DNA of 64,000 nucleotides from Bacteroidota bacterium (lineage in GTDB: Bacteria > Bacteroidota > Bacteroidia > Bacteroidales > UBA10428), in assembly GCA_003252385.1 (NCBI GenBank), contig QKEH01000114.1, positions 14,440 through 78,439 of the forward strand, in the 5' to 3' direction. Position numbers and translations under genes: made by a program. The notes under the pieces were generated by a model. It saw nothing but the letters and a program-made list of their open reading frames with translations. It was not told the origin of the DNA and searched no databases. Positions 11,231 through 20,688 of the stretch are shown piece by piece (position 1 is the stretch's first letter; the number at the start of each line of letters is the position of its first letter).

Positions 11231-11270
11231 TACCCCACTTTCAACCATTTAACCCCACTTTCCTCCACAA
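11231..11270 (-). promoter_or_regulatory. MraZ-binding phased direct repeats (4 x G/A-TGG, 10-bp period)
   Basis: Minus strand reads ttGTGGaggaaaGTGGggttaaATGGttgaaaGTGGggta. CCAC/CCAT cores on the plus strand begin at 11235, 11245, 11255 and 11265, directly upstream of mraZ. Confidence 0.8.
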
Positions 11271-11606
11271 TGTTGATAACTTTTACACCGTTCATCCGCG
11301 TTTTTATTACTGAAGCAAAAGCATACCCTGCCCTGCACCCTTAGACAGTATTGATCTGCAAGGCGATTCCCCAACTTCAATATCGCAGCTGCTCCACCCT
11401 GTAAGCGAGAAAGGCACCGCACCTTTCTAACTCCACAGCAGGCAAGAAACACTATGCAAGACGTTGATACTATGAACAAAGCACGCCAATAGCCCTGGAA
11501 CGCCCAAATTGAGTTCCGACCTGCATTGCTTTAAAAATTAACCATTGACGCTTATTGCCCGGGCATTTTATTCTAATTTTAGAGCTTCTGAAAAACGGCA
11601 GCCCGT

Positions 11607-12461
11607 ATGAATGCACAATACCCCCCATCCTCCACTCAGCACCGCATAGATATCGAACAGGTATTCCGCTCAAAAAGTCCCAAAACTACACGTTGGATTC
11701 CGGGCTTTGTGTACCGCTATCTCAAACGCATTATTCACGAAGATTTCGTGAACGATTTCCTGAAACTGCATGGCGGGAAAAAGAACATTGATTTTATCAA
11801 CGCCAGCATCCACGATTTCAACGTAACCATTGAGGTTATTGGCGAAGAGAATATTCCGGCGGAAGGACGCTTTGTATTTGTCTCGAACCATCCTCTGGGA
11901 GGCTTCGACGGCCTGGTGCTTATGCAAATTATCGATCGTCATTTTAAGGACTACCGTTTTCTGGTGAACGACATACTCATGAACCTGACCCATATCCGGG
12001 AGTTGTTCATACCCATTAACAAACACGGAAGACAAGCGTTGGAAGCCGCCCGGCAGATCGAAAACAGCTATGCCTCGGACATGCAGCTGCTCACCTTCCC
12101 GGCCGGTTTGGTTTCGCGAAAAATCAAGGGTCAGATCATGGATCTTCCCTGGCAAAAAAGCTTTATCGTAAAAGCCCGGAAACACAAGCGCGATATCATT
12201 CCCATACATTTTAGCGGAAGCAATTCCGCATTCTTTTATCGCCTGTCCAAACTCCGAAAGTTTTTAGGCATTAAGGCCAACCTCGAAATGCTATACCTGG
12301 CTGACGAAACCTATCAACATCGAAATAAACACTTTACCATTACCATTGGGAAACCCATTCCGTATACCACCTTCGATACCGGCAAGGATCCTATGCAGTG
12401 GGCCAAATGGGTTAAGCAACAAACCTACCTGCTTGCCGGAGTTACCGAAGTACCTTTATAG
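11607..12461 (+). CDS. PlsC-family acyltransferase, GlsA/OlsA-like O-acyltransferase
   Basis: SNHPLGGFDG (HX4D-type) and FPAGLVSR motifs; paired with the downstream GNAT. Confidence 0.8.
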   Translation: MNAQYPPSSTQHRIDIEQVFRSKSPKTTRWIPGFVYRYLKRIIHEDFVNDFLKLHGGKKNIDFINASIHDFNVTIEVIGEENIPAEGRFVFVSNHPLGGFDGLVLMQIIDRHFKDYRFLVNDILMNLTHIRELFIPINKHGRQALEAARQIENSYASDMQLLTFPAGLVSRKIKGQIMDLPWQKSFIVKARKHKRDIIPIHFSGSNSAFFYRLSKLRKFLGIKANLEMLYLADETYQHRNKHFTITIGKPIPYTTFDTGKDPMQWAKWVKQQTYLLAGVTEVPL

Positions 12462-12523
12462 CAGCGGGCAGGCGTGTACTTTACAAAAATAATGCTACCT
12501 TTGTTTTCCTTAAAAAATTCGGT

Positions 12524-13471
12524 ATGAAAGAGGTAATTCCTCCGGTCGACAGCGAACTGATTGAACAAGAACTGACTGAAGAACGATTTCTTCGCTACAC
12601 CAATAACGCCAGCAACGAATTGTATGTAATTACGCATCACAATGCCCCCCATACCATGCGGGAAATTGGCCGGCTGCGCGAAATTACTTTTCGTTTGGCA
12701 GGTGGCGGTACCGGTAAAGAAGTGGATATCGACAAGTACGACCTGGCTGAAGTGCCCTACAAGCAACTCCTGGTTTGGGATCCCCAAAAGAAGGACATTC
12801 TGGGCGGTTACCGTTTTATACTGGGCAACGAGGTTCAAGTCGATTGCGAAGGAAAGATTAACCTGGCCACCAGTCCATTATTTCATTTCTCCGACGATTT
12901 TATCCAAAACTATGTTCCATACATGATTGAGCTGGGCAGGTCTTTTGTTCAACCTGCCTACCAATCGTCGAACCGGAACAAGAAGAGTCTTTTTGCACTG
13001 GACAACCTATGGGACGGTTTAGGTGCAATCTGGCAGGACAACCCCGAAGTGAAGTACTTTTTCGGAAAGGTGACCATGTATACCGACTATCAGCGTGAAG
13101 CCCGCGACCTGATTCTGTCTTTCATGAAAAAGCATTTTATGGGCGATGAAAAACTTCTGCATCCGTTTAAGCCACTGCTTCCCGAAACGGATCCTGCTAT
13201 TATCGGATCCATTCTGAACGCCGATTCCATTCAGGAAGATATGAAATTGCTATCGCAGGCCGTTAGAGCACGGGGCGAAGTGATCCCTCCGCTGATTAAC
13301 GCGTACATTAATCTGTCGCCTACCCTGAAATGTTTTGGCACGGTACTCAATGATCACTTTGGCGATGTGGAAGAAACGGCCATTATGGTTACCGCAGCCG
13401 ATATGTACCCCGCTAAAGTGGAGCGGCATGTAAACACTTACGCTGCTCAAAAAACCCGAAAAGCACACTAA
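12524..13471 (+). CDS. GNAT-family N-acyltransferase, GlsB/OlsB-like (often annotated 'hemolysin')
   Basis: EIGRLREITFR..GGGTG, ELGRSFV, LDNLWDGLG and IPPLINAY motifs. Confidence 0.8.
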   Translation: MKEVIPPVDSELIEQELTEERFLRYTNNASNELYVITHHNAPHTMREIGRLREITFRLAGGGTGKEVDIDKYDLAEVPYKQLLVWDPQKKDILGGYRFILGNEVQVDCEGKINLATSPLFHFSDDFIQNYVPYMIELGRSFVQPAYQSSNRNKKSLFALDNLWDGLGAIWQDNPEVKYFFGKVTMYTDYQREARDLILSFMKKHFMGDEKLLHPFKPLLPETDPAIIGSILNADSIQEDMKLLSQAVRARGEVIPPLINAYINLSPTLKCFGTVLNDHFGDVEETAIMVTAADMYPAKVERHVNTYAAQKTRKAH

Positions 13472-13750
13472 GGATCATCTCAACACTTATTTCTGTTCCG
13501 TGTAGAAGTTTGAAGGTTTAATCCCCGGAAAGTCCGATCGACGAATCCTTGTGAATCCGTATCCTGAAGTTCTTTTGGATAGGGACAAAATGCGTGTTGT
13601 ATACCACTTTGAAGCAGGCAAAGAATATCCGGCGCTGCCGAAGTGGGTCGTGTTCAACATTTTTCTGAGCAGTAATCTTTCCCAATAGCCTTAACCATCA
13701 GTCATGGAGCAATACTCTGCTACCATTCAATGCCAAAGTATTTCAGATAA

Positions 13751-15652
13751 CTAATACGCCCGGGTATTTTTTCCTTCAATAAAGTTGATGAACGACTGAT
13801 TTACTACCTTATTGCCACCGGCAGTCGGATAGTCTCCGGTAAAATACCAATCGCCCTTATGATCGGGACAGGCCTCGTGCAAGCCTTCAATCGACTGGTA
13901 CACAATTTTTACTTCGGCCCTAATTTCAGAAGTACGCAGCATTTTTGCTATTTTATCCGAAATCTGTTCGGCGGTAAAAGGCTGGTAAATTTCTTTTACG
14001 TAATTCACGATTTGCTCTTTGGGCATGCCTTCCTGAGCTTTCGACCTTTTGTAGACATCGTTAATGACATGATCGTTCCCGGTTTCTTTAAGCAGTTCAA
14101 TAGCTGCCCGGAAGGCAATGAAGTCGCCCAGCTTGGTCATGTCAATCCCGTAACAGTCGGGGTAACGTATTTGTGGCGAAGAAGACACAATAACAATACG
14201 TTTGGGCCCCAGCCGGTCAAGAATCCGAATAATGCTGTATTTCAGGGTGGTTCCACGCACAATGGAGTCGTCAATAATCACCAGGTTATCCTGATCGCGG
14301 TTAACGGTTTGGTAGGTAATGTCGTACACGTGGCCCACCAGGTCATCGCGGGCATCGTCCTGGGTAATAAAAGTTCGAAGTTTAATATCTTTGAGTGCCA
14401 CCTTTTCGATACGGGGTTTGAGTGCCAGAATACAATCCAATTCCTCCACCGATATCTCTTTGCCGGCTTCAATAATCCGGTTCTTCGCATGCTGCTGCAT
14501 GTATTTCTCAATACCGTTAACCATACCATAAAAGGCGGTTTCGGCGGTATTGGGGATAAATGAAAACACCGTATTGGCCACTTCGCCCTGAACCGCCTTA
14601 ACAATGGCAGGGGTCAGCAGTTCGCCCAGTTTCTTGCGCTCGCGATAGATATCGCTGTCGCTGCCTCGTGAAAAATAGATGCGCTCGAAGGAGCAGGAAC
14701 GTCGCTCATAAGGCCCGCGAACATTTTCCAGGTGAACGGATCCGTTACGTTTCATAATAAGGGCACTACCCGGGGGAACTTCTTTAACATTGTCTGCCCG
14801 CACGTTCATTACCGTTTGAATTACCGGCCGTTCCGAAGCAGCTACCACCACCTCGTCGTCCTCGTAATAAAAAGCAGGGCGTATTCCCCAGGGATCGCGG
14901 TAAACAAACGCATCACCGTGTCCGATAAAACCTACCATGGCATAGCCTCCGTCCCATTTCTTACTCGACTCGCGCAGCAAACTGCCAATATCCAAATTAT
15001 TGGCAATGGCCTCGGAAATTTCAATATTCGGGAGCCGTTCCTGCTTGTACTTATTAAATAATTTCTGGTTTTGGGTATCCAAAAAGTGGCCCACATTCTC
15101 CAGCATGGTCACCGTATCAATTTTACCGCGCGGATGCTGTCCAAGTTCCACCAGATGATTGAACATTTCGTCCACATTGGTCAGATTAAAGTTGCCCGCC
15201 AATACCAGGGTACGCGATTTCCAATTGTTCTGGCGCACCACCGGATGGGCGTTTTCCACCTTGTTCTTACCGTAGGTTCCGTAGCGAAGATGCCCCATCA
15301 GCACTTCACCGGCAAAGGGCAGATTTTCAATCGCCCAGCTAATATCCTTTATTATTCCGGGCGACTTTTCTTCCGCCTCATCAAAATTTTTTCGAATGGC
15401 CTGAAACAGATCATTAATGGCCGATGGATTAACCGATCGCAAACGGTTAAGGTACTCGAAACCCGGAGGGATGTCGAGCTTAATACAGGCAATCCCCGCA
15501 CCATCCTGACCCCGGTTGTGCTGTTTTTCCATAAGCAGGTACAGCTTATTGAGCCCCCAGCGCCAGGTACCGTATTTGAGCTGATAGTATTCCAGGGGTT
15601 TGCGAAGTCGTATCAGTGCAATCCCGCATTCGTGCTTAATTCCGTCTGTCAT
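13751..15652 (-). CDS. purF: Amidophosphoribosyltransferase (long Bacteroidetes type)
   Basis: HECG N-terminal nucleophile after a short propeptide, HNRGQDG, GHLRYGT, CSFERIYFSR and PRPP motif IIDDSIVRGTT. Confidence 0.92.
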   Translation of the reverse strand: MTDGIKHECGIALIRLRKPLEYYQLKYGTWRWGLNKLYLLMEKQHNRGQDGAGIACIKLDIPPGFEYLNRLRSVNPSAINDLFQAIRKNFDEAEEKSPGIIKDISWAIENLPFAGEVLMGHLRYGTYGKNKVENAHPVVRQNNWKSRTLVLAGNFNLTNVDEMFNHLVELGQHPRGKIDTVTMLENVGHFLDTQNQKLFNKYKQERLPNIEISEAIANNLDIGSLLRESSKKWDGGYAMVGFIGHGDAFVYRDPWGIRPAFYYEDDEVVVAASERPVIQTVMNVRADNVKEVPPGSALIMKRNGSVHLENVRGPYERRSCSFERIYFSRGSDSDIYRERKKLGELLTPAIVKAVQGEVANTVFSFIPNTAETAFYGMVNGIEKYMQQHAKNRIIEAGKEISVEELDCILALKPRIEKVALKDIKLRTFITQDDARDDLVGHVYDITYQTVNRDQDNLVIIDDSIVRGTTLKYSIIRILDRLGPKRIVIVSSSPQIRYPDCYGIDMTKLGDFIAFRAAIELLKETGNDHVINDVYKRSKAQEGMPKEQIVNYVKEIYQPFTAEQISDKIAKMLRTSEIRAEVKIVYQSIEGLHEACPDHKGDWYFTGDYPTAGGNKVVNQSFINFIEGKNTRAY

Positions 15653-15667
15653 GCCTCAATCCAGTAA

Positions 15668-16114
15668 TTATAAAGAAGGATAATTTATTTTACTCCGAAC
15701 AATAAAAGCATCCGGGTAGAAAGGTTCAATTTGTTTGAGAAATTTCATGGCTTCGCTGTGGGTTCGGAAATCGCCAACATAGAGTAGGTAAAAGGGGGAG
15801 TCGAATAGAAAATAGGTATTCATCTTGCCGTAACGGCTAATAAAATTGGCCTTCATTAGCTCGCCTTCTTTCCGTGCCTTATTGCCCGAATCGGAAAACA
15901 GACGAATACGGTACCCAACAATACCGTTTTTTTTACTTTCCTCGTACAGATGCCTGTCAATCAATTGCAAAATAGCATCGTCCTGAACGAGAGTAACTTT
16001 TCCTTTGGAACCGGGGGATTGAATTTGACGCGCCAGATTGGTACCCGCAAGCTGGGCATTGCAAAAACTTGCGAAAGCAAACAGAAGGATGAAAACCAAA
16101 GGTGCTCTTTTCAA
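15668..16114 (-). CDS. SPOR domain-containing periplasmic protein
   Basis: Signal peptide from TTG 16114 (MKRAPLVF...CNAQ); GYRIRLF...YVGDF...YPDAFIV SPOR pattern. A TATTTTTG -7 element at 16136-16143 overlaps the longer ORF start. Confidence 0.8.
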   Translation of the reverse strand: MKRAPLVFILLFAFASFCNAQLAGTNLARQIQSPGSKGKVTLVQDDAILQLIDRHLYEESKKNGIVGYRIRLFSDSGNKARKEGELMKANFISRYGKMNTYFLFDSPFYLLYVGDFRTHSEAMKFLKQIEPFYPDAFIVRSKINYPSL

Positions 16115-16202
16115 TGTATCGGCGCTTTTACTCCGCAAAAATAGAGTTTTTTTTCCTTGTTACCACCAAAAAACTTTTGCAGGCAAAGAATGTAAATCGG
16201 CA

Positions 16203-16655
16203 TCAGATAACAATCTGTCTGGATTCGTTTACGGCAATGGTCTTTTTCATCATCCAGGTTTTGGCCGTAACGGTTCCTTCCAGCCTAATTTGCACCTGTT
16301 GTCCGGTTTTTAACGCCATTAGCTGCATGGCGGTGCCTATGAAATTGGCCAGACGAATGCGCAAATCTATGGGGTAACTCTCGTTCGATCGGGGTTTCAA
16401 CACCACAGGAGTGTCGGTGGCAATCTTTCCGATATACCCCCCATTCAGAAACAACCGGGTGTCCATATCCGAAATTTTTATTCTATGCAGCGATGGGTTA
16501 TCAATATCCAATTTTAACGACACCTGAAGGGCATTGTCATCAAATCCTTTGATCTGAATGTCGCTTACACGGACTATTTCTATCTCGTTGTACTTTCCGC
16601 AGGAAGTTAACAATCCAATGCAAAGCAGTAAAAAAATCAGACGAAATGGTTTCAT
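16203..16655 (-). CDS. LEA_2/WHy-domain lipoprotein
   Basis: Lipobox LLTSC; IDNP motif and beta-rich pattern. Confidence 0.7.
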   Translation of the reverse strand: MKPFRLIFLLLCIGLLTSCGKYNEIEIVRVSDIQIKGFDDNALQVSLKLDIDNPSLHRIKISDMDTRLFLNGGYIGKIATDTPVVLKPRSNESYPIDLRIRLANFIGTAMQLMALKTGQQVQIRLEGTVTAKTWMMKKTIAVNESRQIVI

Positions 16656-16728
16656 AGAAAAACGTAACTTGGCATGAAAAACGTGGTAAAGCTAGTATTT
16701 ATTTTAACCTGTCCTGAATAACACCATT

Positions 16729-17187
16729 ATGAGTAAAATTCGAAAAGAGCAGATTGACTGCTTTCTGGCGCCCAGAAAACTGGCCATAGCGGGAGCCTCA
16801 AGAAATCCGCAAAAATTTGGACACCAAATTGTTAATCACCTCCTGGCAAACGGGTATGCCGTAACTCCCATTAATCCGAATGCCGATGAAATACTGGGGC
16901 TTCCCTGCCTGAAAAAGGTGCATGAACTCCCTGGCGATATCGACAGCCTGCTCATTGTAACACCCCAAAGCGAGACTGACCAGATACTCCGTGAGGCAAT
17001 TCAAAGAGGCATTAAGAACATCTGGGTACAACAATCGGCCGAAACAGCCGACACCCTGCGCATTGCCGAAGAGTATCAAAGGGAAATAATTACCCGGAAG
17101 TGCATCTTTATGTTTGCCGAACCGGTAAGCAGCATCCACAAGTTCCACCGTGGTTTGGTGCGGCTTTTGGGAAGTTTACCGAAATAA
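16729..17187 (+). CDS. CoA-binding protein (YccU-like)
   Basis: AIAGASRNPQKFG, PINP and IWVQQ motifs. Confidence 0.85.
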   Translation: MSKIRKEQIDCFLAPRKLAIAGASRNPQKFGHQIVNHLLANGYAVTPINPNADEILGLPCLKKVHELPGDIDSLLIVTPQSETDQILREAIQRGIKNIWVQQSAETADTLRIAEEYQREIITRKCIFMFAEPVSSIHKFHRGLVRLLGSLPK

Positions 17188-17219
17188 AAAATGCCCTGTA
17201 TGGGCATTTTTTATTTCGG
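17179..17219. terminator. Bidirectional intrinsic terminator
   Basis: Perfect 18-bp inverted repeat CCGAAATAAAAAATGCCC-tgtat-GGGCATTTTTTATTTCGG between convergent genes. Confidence 0.9.
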
Positions 17220-17226
17220 GTATTTC

Positions 17227-18288
17227 TTAGTTTTTCTTGATCCAGTCGGCCAGCCAGTCGCCCACTTCCGATGTTTTATAGGCTTTTTCCTTCGAAATAT
17301 CCTCAGTTACCACTCCGGCAGCCAAAGAGGCATCTACCGCATCGCGAACTTTTTTCGCTTCATCCATCAGGTTCAACGACTCCAGCAACATAGCTGCAGA
17401 GAGTACAGTAGCCACGGGGTTCGCAATGTTTTTGCCTGCTGCCTGTGGATACGAACCGTGAATCGGCTCAAATACCGAGGTATGTATTCCCACCGATGCG
17501 GAGGGTAACAGTCCCAACGAACCGGTAATTACACTGGCTTCATCCGATAGAATATCGCCAAACATGTTTTCCGTTACCATCACATCAAATTTCTTGGGCC
17601 ACTGGATCAACTGCATGGCTGCATTGTCCACAAACATGTAATCGGTGGTAATATCCTTATAATCGGCTTCCATTTTTTGAGCAGTTTCGCGCCATAAACG
17701 CGAAGTAGCCAACACGTTGGCCTTATCCACAATGGTTAAACGTTTGTTGCGCTTGGCGGCATACTCGTACGCCAGTTTAATAATCCGCTCAATTTCCTCG
17801 GTGGTGTAGGTACAGGTATCGAAAGCTTTTTTCTGATCTTCCGAACGGCCCTTTTCGCCAAAGTAAATACCCCCGGTAAGTTCCCGAACCACAACCAAAT
17901 CGGCGCCTTCGACAATGTCCTTGCGCAAGGGGCTTTTATCCAGCAGCGAAGCAAAGGTGGTAACCGGACGTATATTGGCGTACAAACCCAATGCTTTACG
18001 CATGGCCAGGAGCCCTTGTTCGGGACGCACCTTGGCTTTGGGGTCGTTATCGTATTTTGGGTCGCCGATGGCGCCAAACAGCACAGCATCGGAATTCATA
18101 CAAATTTCGTGGGTTTCTTTTGGGTAAGGATTGCCCACCTTATCGATGGCGGTTGCCCCAACCAAACCAAACTCGTAGTTGAACTGATGCTGGTACTTGG
18201 CTGCTATGGCATCCATCACTTTTACGGCCTGATCTACGATCTCTGGCCCAATACCGTCTCCGGGTAATTTTGCAATTTTAAAAACCAT
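17227..18288 (-). CDS. leuB: 3-isopropylmalate dehydrogenase
   Basis: [34 protein letters not shown] and EPIHGS motifs. Confidence 0.97.
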   Translation of the reverse strand: MVFKIAKLPGDGIGPEIVDQAVKVMDAIAAKYQHQFNYEFGLVGATAIDKVGNPYPKETHEICMNSDAVLFGAIGDPKYDNDPKAKVRPEQGLLAMRKALGLYANIRPVTTFASLLDKSPLRKDIVEGADLVVVRELTGGIYFGEKGRSEDQKKAFDTCTYTTEEIERIIKLAYEYAAKRNKRLTIVDKANVLATSRLWRETAQKMEADYKDITTDYMFVDNAAMQLIQWPKKFDVMVTENMFGDILSDEASVITGSLGLLPSASVGIHTSVFEPIHGSYPQAAGKNIANPVATVLSAAMLLESLNLMDEAKKVRDAVDASLAAGVVTEDISKEKAYKTSEVGDWLADWIKKN

Positions 18289-18359
18289 TTATGTAATTTT
18301 TATTTTGAATTAATCGTTTGTAAATCAGCTATCCGTCTTAAAATTTCACTTTTGAGCGG

Positions 18360-18367
18360 CAAAGATA
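18360..18367 (-). promoter_or_regulatory. Internal -7 promoter element for leuB
   Basis: TATCTTTG on the minus strand in the cimA-leuB spacer. Confidence 0.55.
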
Positions 18368-18403
18368 TAAAAACCAGTCCTATATGATTCTCTGTACCGG
18401 AAA

Positions 18404-19927
18404 CTAAACATGATGCGTCCCCTCAACAATATTCAGCATCTTCATGGTAGCAATAATTGCCGCAACGGTCTGATCCGAATCCAGCCCACGTGTACGGACT
18501 TCCTTTTTCCCAATCTGCCAAGTAATAACGGCTTGCACCAGAGCATCGGTTTTACCTCCGGGAGGAATGCTGACGTGGTAATCCAATAATCGGGGCAAAT
18601 CGCGTTTAAAGCCTTTATAAATTTTCTTTAGTGCCCGCATAAAGGCATCGTATTGCCCGTCGCCTACGGAGGTTTCCTCAAACTCTTTGCCGTCAATCAT
18701 AATACGTAGCGTGGCTACCGGCCGTAATCCTTTGGCAGTGGATAAAGAATAATTGAGTATCTGAATTTTTTCTTCAATGGCGTTGCTGCGGAGCACATCG
18801 GAAATGATGTACGGCAAATCTTCCTGGGTAACCATTTCTTTTTTATCGCCCAGTTCAATTATTTTTTTAGTCACCTTCTGCATCGACTCGGCATCGAGTT
18901 CAATGCCCAGATCTTCGAGATTTTTGGCAATATTGGCCTTCCCCGATGTTTTGCCCAGGGCATAGCTGCGTTTGCGCCCAAAACGCTCGGGCAATAAATC
19001 GTTAAAATAGAGATTCTTTTTATTATCGCCATCGGCGTGTATACCACTGGTTTGGGTAAATACATTTTCGCCAATCAGCGGTTTATTCGGGGGAATACGT
19101 ATTCCGGAGAAACTTTCCACCATTTTACTTACCAGGTTCACCTTCGATTCATCTACTGACATTTTGAAACCAAAGTGATCCTTCACCACGGCAATAACAC
19201 TGGATAGCGGCACATTGCCTGCTCTCTCGCCCAAGCCGTTAACGGTGGTATGCAAACAGCTAATCCCCGCCTTCAGTGCGGCATACACATTGGCGGTTGC
19301 CAGGTCGTAATCGTTATGGGCATGAAAATCAAACATCAGGTCGGGGTAGGTATCCCGCATTTGTTTGCAAAAGGCATAGGTTTCGTCCGGATTTAAAATT
19401 CCCAGGGTATCGGGAAGCATGAACCGGCCAATGGGTTTTTCCTGCAATTTATCGATCATGGAAAAAACATATTCGGGCGAATTGCGCATACCATTCGACC
19501 AGTCTTCGAGATAGACATTCACCTTCACGTCCAGGGACACAGCGTAATCGATCACCTCAAAAATATCGTCCAGATGCTGTTCGGGCGTTTTGCGCAGCTG
19601 GTGGGTAACATGCTGTAAGGATCCCTTGGTAAGCAGGTTAAGCACTTTGCAACCTGCGCCCAGAATCCAGTCTACCGAAGTCTTCCCGTCCACAAAACCC
19701 AATACTTCCACCTTATCGATAAACCCGTGGTCTTTGGCATAGGATGCAATTCGTTTCACGGCCTGCAACTCGCCCTCCGAAACCCGTGCCGAAGCTACCT
19801 CGAGGTAATCCACCTTCAGGTCTTCCAACAGCAATTTGGCCATACTTAACTTTTCGTCGTATGTAAAGTTGACCCCCGATGTTTGTTCACCATCGCGTAG
19901 CGTGGTATCCATTATAGTGATTTTCAT
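18404..19927 (-). CDS. cimA: (R)-citramalate synthase (LeuA-family paralog)
   Basis: [22 protein letters not shown] and GLGERAGN motifs plus a C-terminal regulatory domain; second DRE-TIM gene in the leu operon. Confidence 0.85.
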   Translation of the reverse strand: MKITIMDTTLRDGEQTSGVNFTYDEKLSMAKLLLEDLKVDYLEVASARVSEGELQAVKRIASYAKDHGFIDKVEVLGFVDGKTSVDWILGAGCKVLNLLTKGSLQHVTHQLRKTPEQHLDDIFEVIDYAVSLDVKVNVYLEDWSNGMRNSPEYVFSMIDKLQEKPIGRFMLPDTLGILNPDETYAFCKQMRDTYPDLMFDFHAHNDYDLATANVYAALKAGISCLHTTVNGLGERAGNVPLSSVIAVVKDHFGFKMSVDESKVNLVSKMVESFSGIRIPPNKPLIGENVFTQTSGIHADGDNKKNLYFNDLLPERFGRKRSYALGKTSGKANIAKNLEDLGIELDAESMQKVTKKIIELGDKKEMVTQEDLPYIISDVLRSNAIEEKIQILNYSLSTAKGLRPVATLRIMIDGKEFEETSVGDGQYDAFMRALKKIYKGFKRDLPRLLDYHVSIPPGGKTDALVQAVITWQIGKKEVRTRGLDSDQTVAAIIATMKMLNIVEGTHHV

Positions 19928-20015
19928 AGCTGTACTGTTTAGTTCCTAACGATGTAAATGTAAGATGTAAAGAATTGGTAACCTGTAAAAAACGGGATAC
20001 CCTTGCTTTAAGCAA

Positions 20016-20049
20016 AGAAGACAGCTTTGGCAAACCAAAACTGTCTTCT
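20016..20049 (-). terminator. Intra-operon hairpin after leuD (weak terminator or mRNA stabiliser)
   Basis: Minus strand AGAAGACAGTTTTGG-tttg-CCAAAGCTGTCTTCT, 15 bp with one G-U, followed by a weak U-tract. Confidence 0.55.
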
Positions 20050-20061
20050 AAAGTTAGTGAA

Positions 20062-20658
20062 TTAGTTTACCCGATTGGCTTCAAAAGCCTCAATCTTGTC
20101 GCGTATACTCAGCAGGTAATCAATATCGTCGTATCCATTCAGCAAACACTCCTTTTTGTACGGATTGATTTCAAAACTCTCCGACTCGTTGCTTGACACC
20201 AGCGTAATTTGCTGTTTTTCCAGATTCACTTCCAGTTCGGTTTTGGGATCGACCTGAACGGCTTTAAAAATTTTTTCCAGAAATGCGGCCGAAACCTGAA
20301 CCGGAAGAATACCATTGTTCAAAGCATTGTTTTTAAAAATGTCGGCAAAAAAGCTGGACACCACCACTTTAAATCCATAGCCATGGATAGCCCATGCAGC
20401 ATGTTCCCGGCTCGATCCGCTTCCGAAATTTTTACCCCCTACCAGAATGGATCCGGAGTAGGTTGGGTCGTTTAGAACAAAGCCTTGGATAGGCTGGTTT
20501 TGTTTGTTGTAACGCCAGTCGCGAAAAAGATTGTCGCCGAAGCCCTCCTTGCTGGTAGCTTTCAGAAAGCGGGCGGGGATAATCTGGTCGGTATCCACAT
20601 TCTCTATAGGCATAGGAATGCAGCTGGAACGCAATGTGGTAAATTTATCTATTGGCAT
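20062..20658 (-). CDS. leuD: 3-isopropylmalate dehydratase small subunit
   Basis: [20 protein letters not shown] and FADIF motifs. Confidence 0.97.
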   Translation of the reverse strand: MPIDKFTTLRSSCIPMPIENVDTDQIIPARFLKATSKEGFGDNLFRDWRYNKQNQPIQGFVLNDPTYSGSILVGGKNFGSGSSREHAAWAIHGYGFKVVVSSFFADIFKNNALNNGILPVQVSAAFLEKIFKAVQVDPKTELEVNLEKQQITLVSSNESESFEINPYKKECLLNGYDDIDYLLSIRDKIEAFEANRVN

Positions 20659-20688
20659 GTTTACTCGTTTTTATCGTTACACTTAAGC

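Noticed and set aside
11280-11606. Long mraZ-acyltransferase divergent spacer as a possible ncRNA or small gene
   Set aside because: No terminator or known RNA signature; the overlapping short ORFs look random.
13472-13750. ~280-bp spacer with a possible 57-codon minus-strand ORF (MLNTTHFG...)
   Set aside because: No motif, promoter or terminator support, and no recognisable RNA structure.
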